Origin: a virus
Direction: 5' to 3' (one strand)
Length of the DNA stretch: 64,000 nt
IMG/VR virus record: IMGVR_UViG_3300045988_163643
Location: 32,001-96,000 of that record
Positions within the stretch are counted from its first letter, which is position 1; every line of letters starts with the position of its first letter. Below the pieces are notes generated by a model. That model ran no database searches, was not told the DNA's origin, and saw nothing but the letters and a program-made list of their open reading frames with translations. This document shows positions 1-9,348 of this stretch, piece by piece. The translations under genes and the position numbers were made by a program.

Positions 1-1604
1 TCACAAACCATACGTTGTGCTATTGCTGAAACACTTCCTAAATCTCCACTACATCCACTACTTTCATGACCGAAGAATACCTTTTCACTTACTGCTCCTC
101 CAAGAGATACTATCATACTATTTATTAGGTCTTCTTTTGTTCTTATAAATCTATCATCTTCTTCATGATATAAGCAGTAACCTAAAGCATCTGCATGTGG
201 TATGATTGTACATTTACTTAATTTCTTATTATTTAATATTTCTGACATCATTAAATGTCCAACTTCATGATAAGCAGTTATTTTCTTTTCTCTATCTATC
301 ATGACTGTAGATTTTCTTTCTAGTCCAGCTATTTGTCTATCTATTGCTCTTAATAACATATTTTGAGTTATTTCATCGGCATCTTCTCTTATTGCTATCA
401 TTGCACCTTCTGTTAATATAGCTTCCATATCAGCACTAGCCATACCATGTGTTTGACTAGCTATAATTTCTAAATCAACATCTTCTGCTAAAGGTCTACC
501 AGTAGCATATAATTTTAATATTTCTAATCTTGTTTTTTTATCAGGGTTAGGTATGTATATATGTCTACTTAATCTACCTTGTCTTTTTAAAGCTGGGTCT
601 AATATATCACTTCTATTTGTTGCACCTATTACTAATATATCCTCATTATCAGGACTTGCTAATTCAACTAATAATTGATTTAATGTGGCATTATGCTCTT
701 TATTATTTTCTTCTTCTCTTTTTCCACCAACTGCATCAATTTCATCTATAAATATAACGGCAGGTCTATTATTTCTAGCTTTTTTAAATAAATCTCTTAC
801 TCTTGAAGCACCAACACCAACGTATTTTTCATTAAATTCAGAACCAGCCATTGAATAAAATACTGCATCTGTTTCTCCTGCTATGGCTCTAGCTAATAAA
901 GATTTACCATTACCTGGTTCACCTTCTAATAACACTCCTCTCGGAGGAGTAACTTTAAATTTCTTAAATTTCTCTTTATCATTAAAACCAGCTATTAGTT
1001 CCATAAGTTCAATTTTAACTTCTTCTAATCCAGCTACATCTTTTAAAGTAGTATTAGATTTTTCACCACCATCGAAATTTTCAGTTTGTTTTTTTATTTT
1101 AGAATTAAATTTAGATGTGTCAAAAGTAAAAAGTCCCATATCTATTTCTTCTTTTTCATCATCGTCATCTGTTTCTTTAGGATTTCTTATTTCATCAAAT
1201 AAATCTTCTATTTTTTTCATACTGCCTTCTATTTCTTTTCTTTCTTTTTCAATTTTTCTTTCTTCATCTTTTATTGATTGTTCTACTTGAAATATTAATA
1301 TATCAACATAACTATCTGCAATATCTTCTGCTACTGATAACGCTTTTTCATTAGGTTCTGCTATTTGAAATAATAATTCCCTAGCTTCAAATTTTGTTTC
1401 TATTGATTCAACATCTTTTATGCTTAAGCTATCTATGTCTACATCATCTTTTAATGTGTCTTTTAGAGTACATGGTGAGCAAACTAAATAATAACCCCTT
1501 ACACTAGGATAAAATAAAGCACTACCATAAGTAAAAATTATATCCATAAAATAACTTTTTTGTTCTTCTCCATTTTTTCTTATTATAACCTTATTCCTTT
1601 TCAT
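1..1604 (-). CDS. FtsH-like AAA+ ATPase fused to M41 zinc metalloprotease, no TM segment (3' end lies beyond window start)
   Basis: Not in ORF track because it is open at the window edge. My translation from ATG 1604 (GGAGAG SD upstream) gives VTPPRGVLLEGEPGNGKSLLARAIAGE (Walker A, ~885-955), AVIFIDEIDAVGG (Walker B) and ITAYHEVGHLMM (HExxH, ~241-281). The N-terminal ~200 aa are acidic/coiled with no hydrophobic helix. Confidence 0.85.
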   Translation of the reverse strand, partial: MKRNKVIIRKNGEEQKSYFMDIIFTYGSALFYPSVRGYYLVCSPCTLKDTLKDDVDIDSLSIKDVESIETKFEARELLFQIAEPNEKALSVAEDIADSYVDILIFQVEQSIKDEERKIEKERKEIEGSMKKIEDLFDEIRNPKETDDDDEKEEIDMGLFTFDTSKFNSKIKKQTENFDGGEKSNTTLKDVAGLEEVKIELMELIAGFNDKEKFKKFKVTPPRGVLLEGEPGNGKSLLARAIAGETDAVFYSMAGSEFNEKYVGVGASRVRDLFKKARNNRPAVIFIDEIDAVGGKREEENNKEHNATLNQLLVELASPDNEDILVIGATNRSDILDPALKRQGRLSRHIYIPNPDKKTRLEILKLYATGRPLAEDVDLEIIASQTHGMASADMEAILTEGAMIAIREDADEITQNMLLRAIDRQIAGLERKSTVMIDREKKITAYHEVGHLMMSEILNNKKLSKCTIIPHADALGYCLYHEEDDRFIRTKEDLINSMIVSLGGAVSEKVFFGHESSGCSGDLGSVSAIAQRMVC

Positions 1605-1648
1605 AAATATCTCTCCAATCTTTTTATAATTTATTTTATTTTATATAT

Positions 1649-1677
1649 ATTATACTATAAAACTTATTAAAAGTCAA
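1649..1677 (-). promoter_or_regulatory. class I cassette promoter
   Basis: TTGACT-17-TATAAT on the minus strand, upstream of the FtsH-like gene. Confidence 0.6.
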
Positions 1678-1712
1678 ATAATTTTCTGAAAATTTATTTT
1701 ATTTATAATATC

Positions 1713-2267
1713 CTACAATTTATCTAATTCCTCTTGTAATCTTTTTATTTGGTTTTCTATGTCTTTTATCTTTGCTTTTCTTTTTTCTTCTTCTTGGTCT
1801 ACTTTTATTTTATAAAATTTATCTTTATAATCCCATAAATCTTTTTGTTTTCCATTAAACTCTTTACAACCTAAATCATATGCTTTCTCTATACCAATAA
1901 ATGGTGCATCCCAATCGCAATGTTCACCTGTACATCCATATCTATAGTCATAACCTTTATCGTTTTCAGTGCAATAACAATATCCTTCCATAATTTCTTT
2001 GTATCCAAAAACTAATCTATATTGATAAAGAAAGCTATCATTACTATCATATATATTTACAAAAAATATAAATTCCTCAAAAGGATTATCTGAAGTCATT
2101 GAATTAACATTATACCCATAATTTTCCATATCATAAAATAAATTTGCGAAACAATCATCATTCTCATATTGTTCTACAACTGCTAAATAAAATGAGGGTT
2201 CTATATTGTTTCTCATCAAATGTCTGTGAATTTCTTTTTTTAATTTACTCTTAATTTCTTCATTCAT
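1713..2267 (-). CDS. hypothetical protein, Cys/aromatic-rich
   Basis: 184-aa ORF with AAAGGAGAG SD before ATG and its own class I promoter. Contains CYCTENDKGYDYRYGCTGEHCDWD. No family recognised. Confidence 0.6.
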   Translation of the reverse strand: MNEEIKSKLKKEIHRHLMRNNIEPSFYLAVVEQYENDDCFANLFYDMENYGYNVNSMTSDNPFEEFIFFVNIYDSNDSFLYQYRLVFGYKEIMEGYCYCTENDKGYDYRYGCTGEHCDWDAPFIGIEKAYDLGCKEFNGKQKDLWDYKDKFYKIKVDQEEEKRKAKIKDIENQIKRLQEELDKL

Positions 2268-2297
2268 ATTAATCTCTCCTTTATCTTATTTACTTAT

Positions 2298-2326
2298 ATT
2301 ATACTATGCTTTTTATTAAAAGTAAA
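2298..2326 (-). promoter_or_regulatory. class I cassette promoter
   Basis: TTTACT-17-TATAAT plus the conserved ATAAGTAAATAAGATAAAGGAGAG leader. Confidence 0.55.
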
Positions 2327-2385
2327 TAAATAAAATAAACTTTTTACTTATTTTTAACACTTTTAATTAAAAGTAAAATAATAAA

Positions 2386-2404
2386 ATCCCCTACAAGAGG
2401 GGAA
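2386..2404 (-). terminator. intrinsic terminator
   Basis: CCCCT-cttgt-AGGGG followed by a U-run on the minus strand. Confidence 0.6.
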
Positions 2405-2427
2405 TTTACTACCATTTATCTTCTTTT

Positions 2428-2556
2428 TTAATAAATAAATAATAAAAGAAATCCTACCAACAACATTACTACGCCAAGAATCATTTCACCAACCATTAAA
2501 CTTATTATTCCTATAACCATGTTGCATATACCTACAGCAATACGAAACTTATCCAC
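2428..2556 (-). CDS. small hydrophobic peptide (42 aa)
   Basis: Hand-translated: AGGAGG then GTG, giving VDKFRIAVGICNMVIGIISLMVGEMILGVVMLLVGFLLLFIY. Paralog of 2567..2683. Below the track cutoff. Confidence 0.35.
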   Translation of the reverse strand: MDKFRIAVGICNMVIGIISLMVGEMILGVVMLLVGFLLLFIY

Positions 2557-2566
2557 TTTATACCTC

Positions 2567-2683
2567 CTAATTAATAAACAATAAAAGAAATACTGCTAAA
2601 AACATTGTAATAGCTAAACCTATTTTACCACACATTAAATCTATCACTCCTAGAATAACACAAGCCATAATTATTAAAAACAT
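2567..2683 (-). CDS. small hydrophobic peptide (38 aa)
   Basis: Hand-translated: AGGAGGG directly after the stop of 2700..3734, ATG at 2683, giving MFLIIMACVILGVIDLMCGKIGLAITMFLAVFLLLFIN. Shares the FLLLFI end with its neighbour. Confidence 0.4.
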   Translation of the reverse strand: MFLIIMACVILGVIDLMCGKIGLAITMFLAVFLLLFIN

Positions 2684-2699
2684 ATCCAATTTCCCTCCT

Positions 2700-3734
2700 T
2701 TATTGATTCTTATATTCTCTTTCAACTAACCACAATAAGCAAGAGTTTGCTAAGTCTAATATAGTATCGTCAATCTTTTTTACTCTTTGTTCAGGTATAT
2801 TTGGGTCACATAATGTTAATAATTTATTATATTCGTCAGTGATTCTTACTAAGAATGACACACAACCAAATTTTTCATAAGTATCAGCAAAACTATTCCC
2901 ATAATCATTATTTTTAGCTTTATATGTTTCTTCTAAATTGTTTAATAAATATTGGTATATACCTAATCTATCCATTTTAGGCGTTGTAGATTCTTTTATC
3001 TCGACAGGTTCTAACATATCTTTATGCCATGAATAATAATTTGTATCCTCAGGGTTAGCTATAGATTTTAAGCTATAATCTCCATCAAAATCTATATCAA
3101 CTATAACATACATTTTTCCTCTATATTCTAACATAGTCTCTAAAACTTCACAACCCCCATATATTTCCCCTTTTTGTAAGCCCTCTCTTACTTTTACAAT
3201 ATCACCTATTTCATATTCCATATTATTTTTCTCCTTTATTTCATGTTTTAAATCATCTTTCATTGTAACAGGTTCTACCATGTCCTTATGCCATACATAA
3301 GTATTATCTTTATCAGATAAATATAAATCACCAACTGTATCTATATAATATATTGTGTCAGTTGTTCCTCTATATTTTAACATACCCTCTACAACATAAC
3401 AATCACCATATTTTTCTCCCTCTTTTAAATTATCTTTTATTCTAACAATATCTCTTATTTTATAGTCCATATTATTTCCCTCCTTTATTCCATCTATATT
3501 AGTAGATTCTTTTAAATCATCTTTTATTACAACAGGTTCTAACATGTCTTCACTCCACACATAAGGATTATTATTATTCGCTAAATGGTAATTTCCATCT
3601 TCATCTATATTTTCTATAATATCAAGTGTTCCTCTAAACTTTAACATGTCATTTATAGAACTACATCCCCCATACATTTTATCTTCTTGTAAATCATCTC
3701 TTACTTTAACTAAATCACCTATTTTATATTTCAT
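2700..3734 (-). CDS. three tandem SH3-like beta modules fused to a DUF1599/MazG-like helical domain (tentative)
   Basis: 344-aa ORF with three ~83-aa repeats (YKIGDLVKVRDDL..YGG..MLKFRG..W..DMLEPV). C-terminal YKAKNNDYGNSFADTYEKFG..RITDEYNKL resembles the DUF1599/NTP-pyrophosphohydrolase-like fold. Confidence 0.75.
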   Translation of the reverse strand: MKYKIGDLVKVRDDLQEDKMYGGCSSINDMLKFRGTLDIIENIDEDGNYHLANNNNPYVWSEDMLEPVVIKDDLKESTNIDGIKEGNNMDYKIRDIVRIKDNLKEGEKYGDCYVVEGMLKYRGTTDTIYYIDTVGDLYLSDKDNTYVWHKDMVEPVTMKDDLKHEIKEKNNMEYEIGDIVKVREGLQKGEIYGGCEVLETMLEYRGKMYVIVDIDFDGDYSLKSIANPEDTNYYSWHKDMLEPVEIKESTTPKMDRLGIYQYLLNNLEETYKAKNNDYGNSFADTYEKFGCVSFLVRITDEYNKLLTLCDPNIPEQRVKKIDDTILDLANSCLLWLVEREYKNQ

Positions 3735-3764
3735 ACTAATCTCTCCTTTATCTTATTTACTTAT

Positions 3765-3793
3765 ATTATACTACACTTTTTATAAAAAGTAAA
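3765..3793 (-). promoter_or_regulatory. class I cassette promoter
   Basis: TTTACT-17-TATAAT plus the conserved leader. Confidence 0.55.
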
Positions 3794-3818
3794 GAGATAA
3801 AATAAAATTTATCTCTTT
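3791..3818 (-). terminator. intrinsic terminator after the helicase
   Basis: 11-bp stem AAAGAGATAAA/TTTATCTCTTT. Confidence 0.6.
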
Positions 3819-5391
3819 ATTGCATTAACATTCCTGTACTTACTTTTCCAGCATATCCATATTCTGTTAATCTTCCGAAACTATCCATTTGATACAATAA
3901 TACAAAATCTGTTCTTCCACTACGATTCTTATCACAAAATAACATTATATAATTTTTACTTTTATCTAAATAACCTTTCTTGTATTCATTTTGTTTATCT
4001 GTACCACCATTTTGACTATTGATTATTTTAAATTTCTTTTGTTTAAATGTTTTTTCAAATTTATTATATTCATAATAAAATGGGTCAATAAAGGCTTTGT
4101 TTTCAGGGTCTAATTCCCAAGGTCTAACCCTTCTTGCTAATAAAACACTATGAGCAACATCTAATACTTGTTTAGCAAAAGCAAGTTGAGAACCAGTTAG
4201 ATATGAAACTTTATCAGTACTTTTTAATAGTTGCATTGTCATAACTACTCCATATCCATTTTTTCTTCCCCATTTATCAAGTATTTTAGAATTATTAACC
4301 ATTTCTATCATCGCACTATCCATATCATCACTCTTAAAAGTATCAACCATTAAATAGTTATATCCTTCTGTCATTCCTAATTTATTAAAAACTTTAGTTA
4401 TTTTTTCAAAATTAAATTCTTCAACACAAACAAAAGTCATTTTTCCTTCAAATTTTTCTTTTATAAAATCATTAGCTTTTTCAAATATTTTATATTCTTC
4501 ATCTGTCAAATCTGCTTCAATTAACTTTTGTCTTGTAATAGTTTTACAATGGAATACATTGCTACATACATAACTAACCATAAGTCTTTTTAAATATATT
4601 GATTCAAATTCATTTGACACATACATAACTTTATTTCCACTTTCAACTAATGCCATAGCTACATTGCATAACATAGTAGATTTACCAACTCCTGTTGTTG
4701 ATGCTATTACATGAATACCTAATCCTCTTGATAAGCCCACCAATTCTTTATCTAAATATTTAAATGATTGTATATATCTATCTTCATTTTCTTCAGTCTT
4801 CCATGTCATTGCTATATCGAAATGAGAAGTATCACTAATTTCTTTTTCTCTTACTTTTCTTTTTTCTTCTTCAGTAAAATGTAAACTCTGTAATTTAAAT
4901 TCTTGAAATTCAACATCTACTCCAACATCTAATATAATTGACTGCATAAGGCTACTAAATTGAGTGCAATTTAAATATGGTGCTTCCTCTATTGGTATTA
5001 TATTTCTTCCACTTATTTCATATTTTCTTTCCAAATTAATACCTAAATCAATATATCTTTCTATTAATATCATTTTTTTCAAACTATCAATATATGATTC
5101 TATATTCTCTACATTAGCTTTTAAGTTTAATAAGTTTTCTATTCTTTCATATCCACCATAATTATTAAAAACTTCAATTAATCCATTACTTCCAACAAAT
5201 CCACTAACAGATAATTCATCAATTTCTTTTACCTTTTTAGCTAACTCATAAGCTAATGAAAAGAAAAATCTTGTATCATTTAAAGAAAAATATTCTGACC
5301 TTAATTCATATTCACTTGTTAATGTTAAATCTTGGTATATACAAGATAGTATAGCACATTCAGTATCTAATCTTTCTTTTGAAATTTTCAT
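3817..5391 (-). CDS. DnaB-like replicative helicase
   Basis: 524-aa ORF with Walker A ASTTGVGKST, YLMVDTF Walker-B-like motif, MTMQLLKS and a DnaB-type N-terminal helical domain. Confidence 0.7.
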   Translation of the reverse strand: MKISKERLDTECAILSCIYQDLTLTSEYELRSEYFSLNDTRFFFSLAYELAKKVKEIDELSVSGFVGSNGLIEVFNNYGGYERIENLLNLKANVENIESYIDSLKKMILIERYIDLGINLERKYEISGRNIIPIEEAPYLNCTQFSSLMQSIILDVGVDVEFQEFKLQSLHFTEEEKRKVREKEISDTSHFDIAMTWKTEENEDRYIQSFKYLDKELVGLSRGLGIHVIASTTGVGKSTMLCNVAMALVESGNKVMYVSNEFESIYLKRLMVSYVCSNVFHCKTITRQKLIEADLTDEEYKIFEKANDFIKEKFEGKMTFVCVEEFNFEKITKVFNKLGMTEGYNYLMVDTFKSDDMDSAMIEMVNNSKILDKWGRKNGYGVVMTMQLLKSTDKVSYLTGSQLAFAKQVLDVAHSVLLARRVRPWELDPENKAFIDPFYYEYNKFEKTFKQKKFKIINSQNGGTDKQNEYKKGYLDKSKNYIMLFCDKNRSGRTDFVLLYQMDSFGRLTEYGYAGKVSTGMLMQ

Positions 5392-5393
5392 AA

Positions 5394-5954
5394 TTATTTA
5401 TCCCCTTTCTTTTTACTATCTATTATTTTAAATATATTATTTGAATTTTTATCTGCATTCCTTCTTTGTCTTTCTAATCTTTCAAATATATCGCTATCAT
5501 CTTCATATTTTAAATTTATAATTATATCATCATTAGTATTTATTTCAGTTGTGCCAAAATTTGCCGTATCATCTTTAATTTTGTTTCTAATACAAGCAAA
5601 TATATAACTTATTTTTCCATATTCATCTTGTATATTTTTCATTTCTAAATATCTTTTAATTTCTTCTTTATTGTTTTCTATACAGTTGTATATTTGTTCT
5701 CTTGTATATTCTTTTTCCAATTCCTTTAATTCATTAACCTTCACTTTAGATACAGATGTATAACCTAATATATCATCTATACTAATAAGAAGTTTTTTCC
5801 ATAGACTTTTTAAATATTTATCTCTTTCAAATTCTTCTTTAGAACAATAATATGAATTTGTTTTTTTATTTGTTTCTTCATTAATTTTTGTTATAACATA
5901 TGCTTCATTTTTTTCTATTTTATTTTTACAAATCTTACAAGTTACCTTAGCCAT
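5394..5954 (-). CDS. zinc-ribbon protein translationally coupled to the helicase (loader position, function unknown)
   Basis: Track ORF is 5394..5963. I moved the start to ATG 5954 (GAGGGGGTGA SD 5 nt upstream). CKICKNK..YYCS motif. Its stop lies 3 nt before the helicase ATG. Confidence 0.6.
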   Translation of the reverse strand: MAKVTCKICKNKIEKNEAYVITKINEETNKKTNSYYCSKEEFERDKYLKSLWKKLLISIDDILGYTSVSKVKVNELKELEKEYTREQIYNCIENNKEEIKRYLEMKNIQDEYGKISYIFACIRNKIKDDTANFGTTEINTNDDIIINLKYEDDSDIFERLERQRRNADKNSNNIFKIIDSKKKGDK

Positions 5955-6000
5955 TTTAATCACCCCCTCTTTATAAGTCTAAAATTCATTTCTTATTTAT

Positions 6001-6029
6001 ATTATACTATGTTTTTTATAAAAAGTAAA
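6001..6029 (-). promoter_or_regulatory. class I cassette promoter
   Basis: TTTACT-17-TATAAT. Confidence 0.55.
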
Positions 6030-6035
6030 TAAAAA

Positions 6036-6054
6036 CGACTGAAAAAATCAGTCG
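6036..6054 (-). terminator. intrinsic terminator
   Basis: CGACTGA-5 nt-TCAGTCG plus a U-run. Confidence 0.65.
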
Positions 6055-6066
6055 CTTTTATATTAA

Positions 6067-6177
6067 TTATAAATTTTCTTTTTTTACAGTCACAACTTCT
6101 CCATCTTCAGTTTCCACTATATAATAAATTAATTTTTCTTTATTATAATACTCAGCTAATATTTTATAATTATTCAT
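6067..6177 (-). CDS. possible 36-aa protein
   Basis: MNNYKILAEYYNKEKLIYYIVETEDGEVVTVKKENL. Its ATG overlaps the stop of 6170..6709 (ATGAATAA) and it is followed by terminator 6036-6054. Confidence 0.3.
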   Translation of the reverse strand: MNNYKILAEYYNKEKLIYYIVETEDGEVVTVKKENL

Positions 6178-6709
6178 TATTATCCCCCTCTTTATCATCA
6201 TCGTTATAGCTAAACACATCATTGAATCTATCCAAATCTAACAAATTATTTCTTTTTAAGACTTTCAAAACTGAAATCATTCTGCAACTATCATCATTAC
6301 AATTTACATATAAATTATTTATCATACAATCATTACAAGGGTCAAAATCAATTGAATATGTAACTTCATTGAAAAAATTTGCAAGTGCTTTTCGTGAATG
6401 TTCTGTTTCACGTGTACAACGATATTCTTCAACTAATTGCTCTTTAGTTTTTCCACAATCAGCTAATAAATAATTTAACAAATCATCCGTACTATATTCT
6501 ACTAACTCAAGCATTGCAAAAGAATAAGTAAATGGATAATATTTAGAATCAAGTATTCTACAACTTCTATGTTTTTCATCTACTTCTGTAGCAGTAAATA
6601 CCTTATCTTCAAATTGTGTCATACTATCTAAATAAACAATTCCATCATAACTTTCACCTACAACTAAACCATCTTTTAATCTAACTTTATCACCATTTTT
6701 TATTTTCAC
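6170..6709 (-). CDS. hypothetical protein with N-terminal SH3-like module
   Basis: 179-aa ORF with GTG start 8 nt after GGAG. IKNGDKVRLKDGL..YDG..M is paralogous to the repeats of 2700..3734. Confidence 0.65.
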   Translation of the reverse strand: MKIKNGDKVRLKDGLVVGESYDGIVYLDSMTQFEDKVFTATEVDEKHRSCRILDSKYYPFTYSFAMLELVEYSTDDLLNYLLADCGKTKEQLVEEYRCTRETEHSRKALANFFNEVTYSIDFDPCNDCMINNLYVNCNDDSCRMISVLKVLKRNNLLDLDRFNDVFSYNDDDKEGDNNE

Positions 6710-6734
6710 AATATCATCTCCTAATAATTATTTT

Positions 6735-7115
6735 CTATTCATTATAATTACTTACATCTATTATCTCACCACATTTTGGACATCTTAGTTCAACAATAGT
6801 TATCACATTAGTTGGTGTAACTGTGTATACAAAACTTCTATGTCCTGTTTCACATTTTTTATAATGTTCATGTTGAAATTCTTTTGCTCTTTCCCTTTGT
6901 TCATCACTTAATACAACTAGACTATTTCTTTTGTAAAAATCTAACTCTTCTTTTAGTCTTTTTATTTCTTCATTCTCAAATTTTTCATCTTTAATTTTCA
7001 AATATGCTTTTCTACAATCTTCTTTATCTTCTTGGAGTATGTCTATTTGAGTTTCTAATTCTTTTAATGTTTCCTTTATATCTTTACCTCTAAGAACTGT
7101 AGTTTTCCAATCCAT
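6735..7115 (-). CDS. coiled-coil protein with C-terminal zinc ribbon
   Basis: Track ORF is 6735..7136. I moved the start to ATG 7115 (AGGAGGGTG SD 6 nt upstream). CPKCGE near the C-terminus. Confidence 0.6.
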   Translation of the reverse strand: MDWKTTVLRGKDIKETLKELETQIDILQEDKEDCRKAYLKIKDEKFENEEIKRLKEELDFYKRNSLVVLSDEQRERAKEFQHEHYKKCETGHRSFVYTVTPTNVITIVELRCPKCGEIIDVSNYNE

Positions 7116-7141
7116 ATTATTCACCCTCCTACACAATCATA

Positions 7142-7465
7142 TTACATCAATTTAATACCATGAATATCTTGTAAGTCTTTTAACTCATAATACAAATCAA
7201 ATACTTCATCCTTGCTTAATTCATTAGGTACATCAATTTGATATGTTTTATCAAAGTCATCAACCCAAATAGCAAATTCAGTTGGTGGAGTATACATTAA
7301 GGGTTTACCTTCTAGTAATATTAAGAAGAATCCAGTTTTCTCTTGTAATAATAAACTTATATGTTCTAACTCACTAATGGCTTCAGGCTCTAAGATAACT
7401 GTCTCAGAGTCACCATTTATAATACTTTCTAAGTAAGTTCTCAAGTTAAAATCTTTAAATCTCAT
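7142..7465 (-). CDS. hypothetical acidic protein
   Basis: 107-aa ORF with GAAGGAGA SD. Confidence 0.55.
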   Translation of the reverse strand: MRFKDFNLRTYLESIINGDSETVILEPEAISELEHISLLLQEKTGFFLILLEGKPLMYTPPTEFAIWVDDFDKTYQIDVPNELSKDEVFDLYYELKDLQDIHGIKLM

Positions 7466-7643
7466 ATTATTTATCTCCTTCTAAATAATTATCTACAAAC
7501 TCACATAAATTTATTTTATGTCTATTTCATCGTATCCTCTTTCACCTAATGGCTACTCAAGTTGGTATGACACTCCAAGGGCGTGAATTCGGGATTGAAC
7601 TTTCCTACATATTAATTTGTTTTTATTATTTTTTATAGGATTT

Positions 7644-8216
7644 TTATAAATTTTCATAATAATTTAAAATTTCACCTAAGCAGTAATCCAATTCTTCCCA
7701 ATTGTCAACTCTAGTATGAATACTAGATTTTATACTTTTATTATGTGGTGCTGAAAATAATATTGTATATGCAAGAGGATGATATTTTTTATAATTATCT
7801 AAATTTCCTATATAATCATCCACTAAAACATCAGCTGATACAATATGTTTACAATCAGTATTTACAAATTTATCAAAGTATTTATCTATATTATATTTTC
7901 TTAATAATTCAACTTTTTTATCAAAAGTATTATTTTCTTCAGTAGCTGAAACTAATATGAAGTGCACACCTTTATTATGATATTTTTCTAAAACATCTTT
8001 TATAATTTCACTTTTTATTTTCATCTCAAGTATAATGTTAGGGTCTTCTAATAATTGAAATAATCCATGTGTAAACTTTGTATTATCTATTTTCCAATCT
8101 GTTACATCATTTTCAACAGTAAAATTTGTTCCGTATTTTTCATTGTATTTATCTACTAAAGTTGGTATAAAATTTATAAGAACATCATCATTATCTAAAG
8201 CTACAATCAAATCCAT
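7644..8216 (-). CDS. 5'(3')-deoxyribonucleotidase (HAD/NT5C family)
   Basis: 190-aa ORF. N-terminal ALDNDDVLINF (DxD) and VLVDDY..N are typical of NT5C. Confidence 0.65.
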   Translation of the reverse strand: MDLIVALDNDDVLINFIPTLVDKYNEKYGTNFTVENDVTDWKIDNTKFTHGLFQLLEDPNIILEMKIKSEIIKDVLEKYHNKGVHFILVSATEENNTFDKKVELLRKYNIDKYFDKFVNTDCKHIVSADVLVDDYIGNLDNYKKYHPLAYTILFSAPHNKSIKSSIHTRVDNWEELDYCLGEILNYYENL

Positions 8217-8226
8217 ATCATCACCC

Positions 8227-8637
8227 CTAACTAAATTTTTCTATTTCATAATCTAGTAACATAAATTTCTCATTTGTTAATTGTGGTAAACTTTTAATCC
8301 AATTATGTAGTTCATTCCATGTTATCAATAGTAATTGTTCTTTTGTAAATAATTCAACTTCTTCTTTACTATAATATCTTCTTATTGTCATTAAATCATT
8401 ATCATCAATAGTCCAATTATCTGGAATAGTTTTTGCATATAGTTTTAATCTAAATCCTCCTATGGTGTTAAACTTTATATATGTCCCCATGTGATATATG
8501 CCATTATCTGTTTCAAAAAATTCTTTAATATGTCCTTCACAACAGAAGTCTGTAAAATATCCCATTTCATTTAATGTAATTATATCATCTGCTATATTAT
8601 CATCTAGTTCAAATACTTTAGTTTCTTTAATCAACAT
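8227..8637 (-). CDS. hypothetical protein
   Basis: Track ORF 8227..8646 starts at a GTG abutting the SD. ATG 8637 lies 9 nt after AAGGGGAA. Confidence 0.55.
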   Translation of the reverse strand: MLIKETKVFELDDNIADDIITLNEMGYFTDFCCEGHIKEFFETDNGIYHMGTYIKFNTIGGFRLKLYAKTIPDNWTIDDNDLMTIRRYYSKEEVELFTKEQLLLITWNELHNWIKSLPQLTNEKFMLLDYEIEKFS

Positions 8638-8658
8638 ACACATCACTTCCCCTTATTT

Positions 8659-8964
8659 TTAATCTAAATATTTTGAATCTAAATTTTTTATTCTTCTCAT
8701 TGGTAAGTTTTTATATTTCTTTAATATTTCTTTATTAGACATTAATCTTAAGTGCCCTTCACCTGATTCTTTATCTTTCTCAGATATTAATTTTACTCCT
8801 TTAACTTTATTGCATTTTACACAATATTCACATAAAAAGTAACCATTTACTTCATCAACATATACTAAACATTCTTTGTATTCATGTTTATGACCTGATT
8901 TCTTAACTGTTTTATTTTTCTTCTTTTTATACTTTGGTATTTCATTTTCATTATAGTTTTTCAT
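8659..8964 (-). CDS. hypothetical Cys/His-cluster protein
   Basis: 101-aa ORF with a basic N-terminus and HKHEYKECL..CEYCVKCNK. Confidence 0.55.
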   Translation of the reverse strand: MKNYNENEIPKYKKKKNKTVKKSGHKHEYKECLVYVDEVNGYFLCEYCVKCNKVKGVKLISEKDKESGEGHLRLMSNKEILKKYKNLPMRRIKNLDSKYLD

Positions 8965-8994
8965 TTACATCTCTCCTTTATCTTATTTACTTAT

Positions 8995-9023
8995 ATTATA
9001 CTATTGATATTATTAAAAGTCAA
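8995..9023 (-). promoter_or_regulatory. class I cassette promoter
   Basis: TTGACT-17-TATAAT plus the conserved leader. Confidence 0.65.
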
Positions 9024-9040
9024 TGATTATTTTTAAAAAA

Positions 9041-9060
9041 ACTGAGAAAATTTTCTCAGT
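9041..9060 (-). terminator. cassette terminator
   Basis: Palindrome ACTGAGAAAATTTTCTCAGT plus U7. Confidence 0.7.
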
Positions 9061-9335
9061 TATATTGCTAACCAAAGCAATGCAAACATTATTACTATGA
9101 TTGCTACTATTATAAAAGTAATTGCTTTTACAATAAGATAAATTTGTTGATACAACATATCATCATCTAAATCTATATCTTTTTCTTTACAATAATCTAC
9201 AATTTCATTTGAAATTTTTTTATATAACTCACTTTCTTCACCATCTATAAATAACTTTATACAAGGTAATAAGAAAAAAAATATTAAATAGGCTACAACT
9301 CCAATAAAGCAAAGTATTAATAAAAATTTTAACAT
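9060..9335 (-). CDS. membrane protein (2 TM)
   Basis: 91-aa ORF with two long hydrophobic helices. Confidence 0.6.
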   Translation of the reverse strand: MLKFLLILCFIGVVAYLIFFFLLPCIKLFIDGEESELYKKISNEIVDYCKEKDIDLDDDMLYQQIYLIVKAITFIIVAIIVIMFALLWLAI

Positions 9336-9348
9336 ATATTCATCTCTC

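Noticed and set aside
7520-7612. Possible tRNA or tRNA fragment (AGTTGGTA and GTTCAATCC words).
   Set aside because: I could not build a cloverleaf on either strand. The T-stem and acceptor pairings fail. I kept it only as a low-interest GC island.
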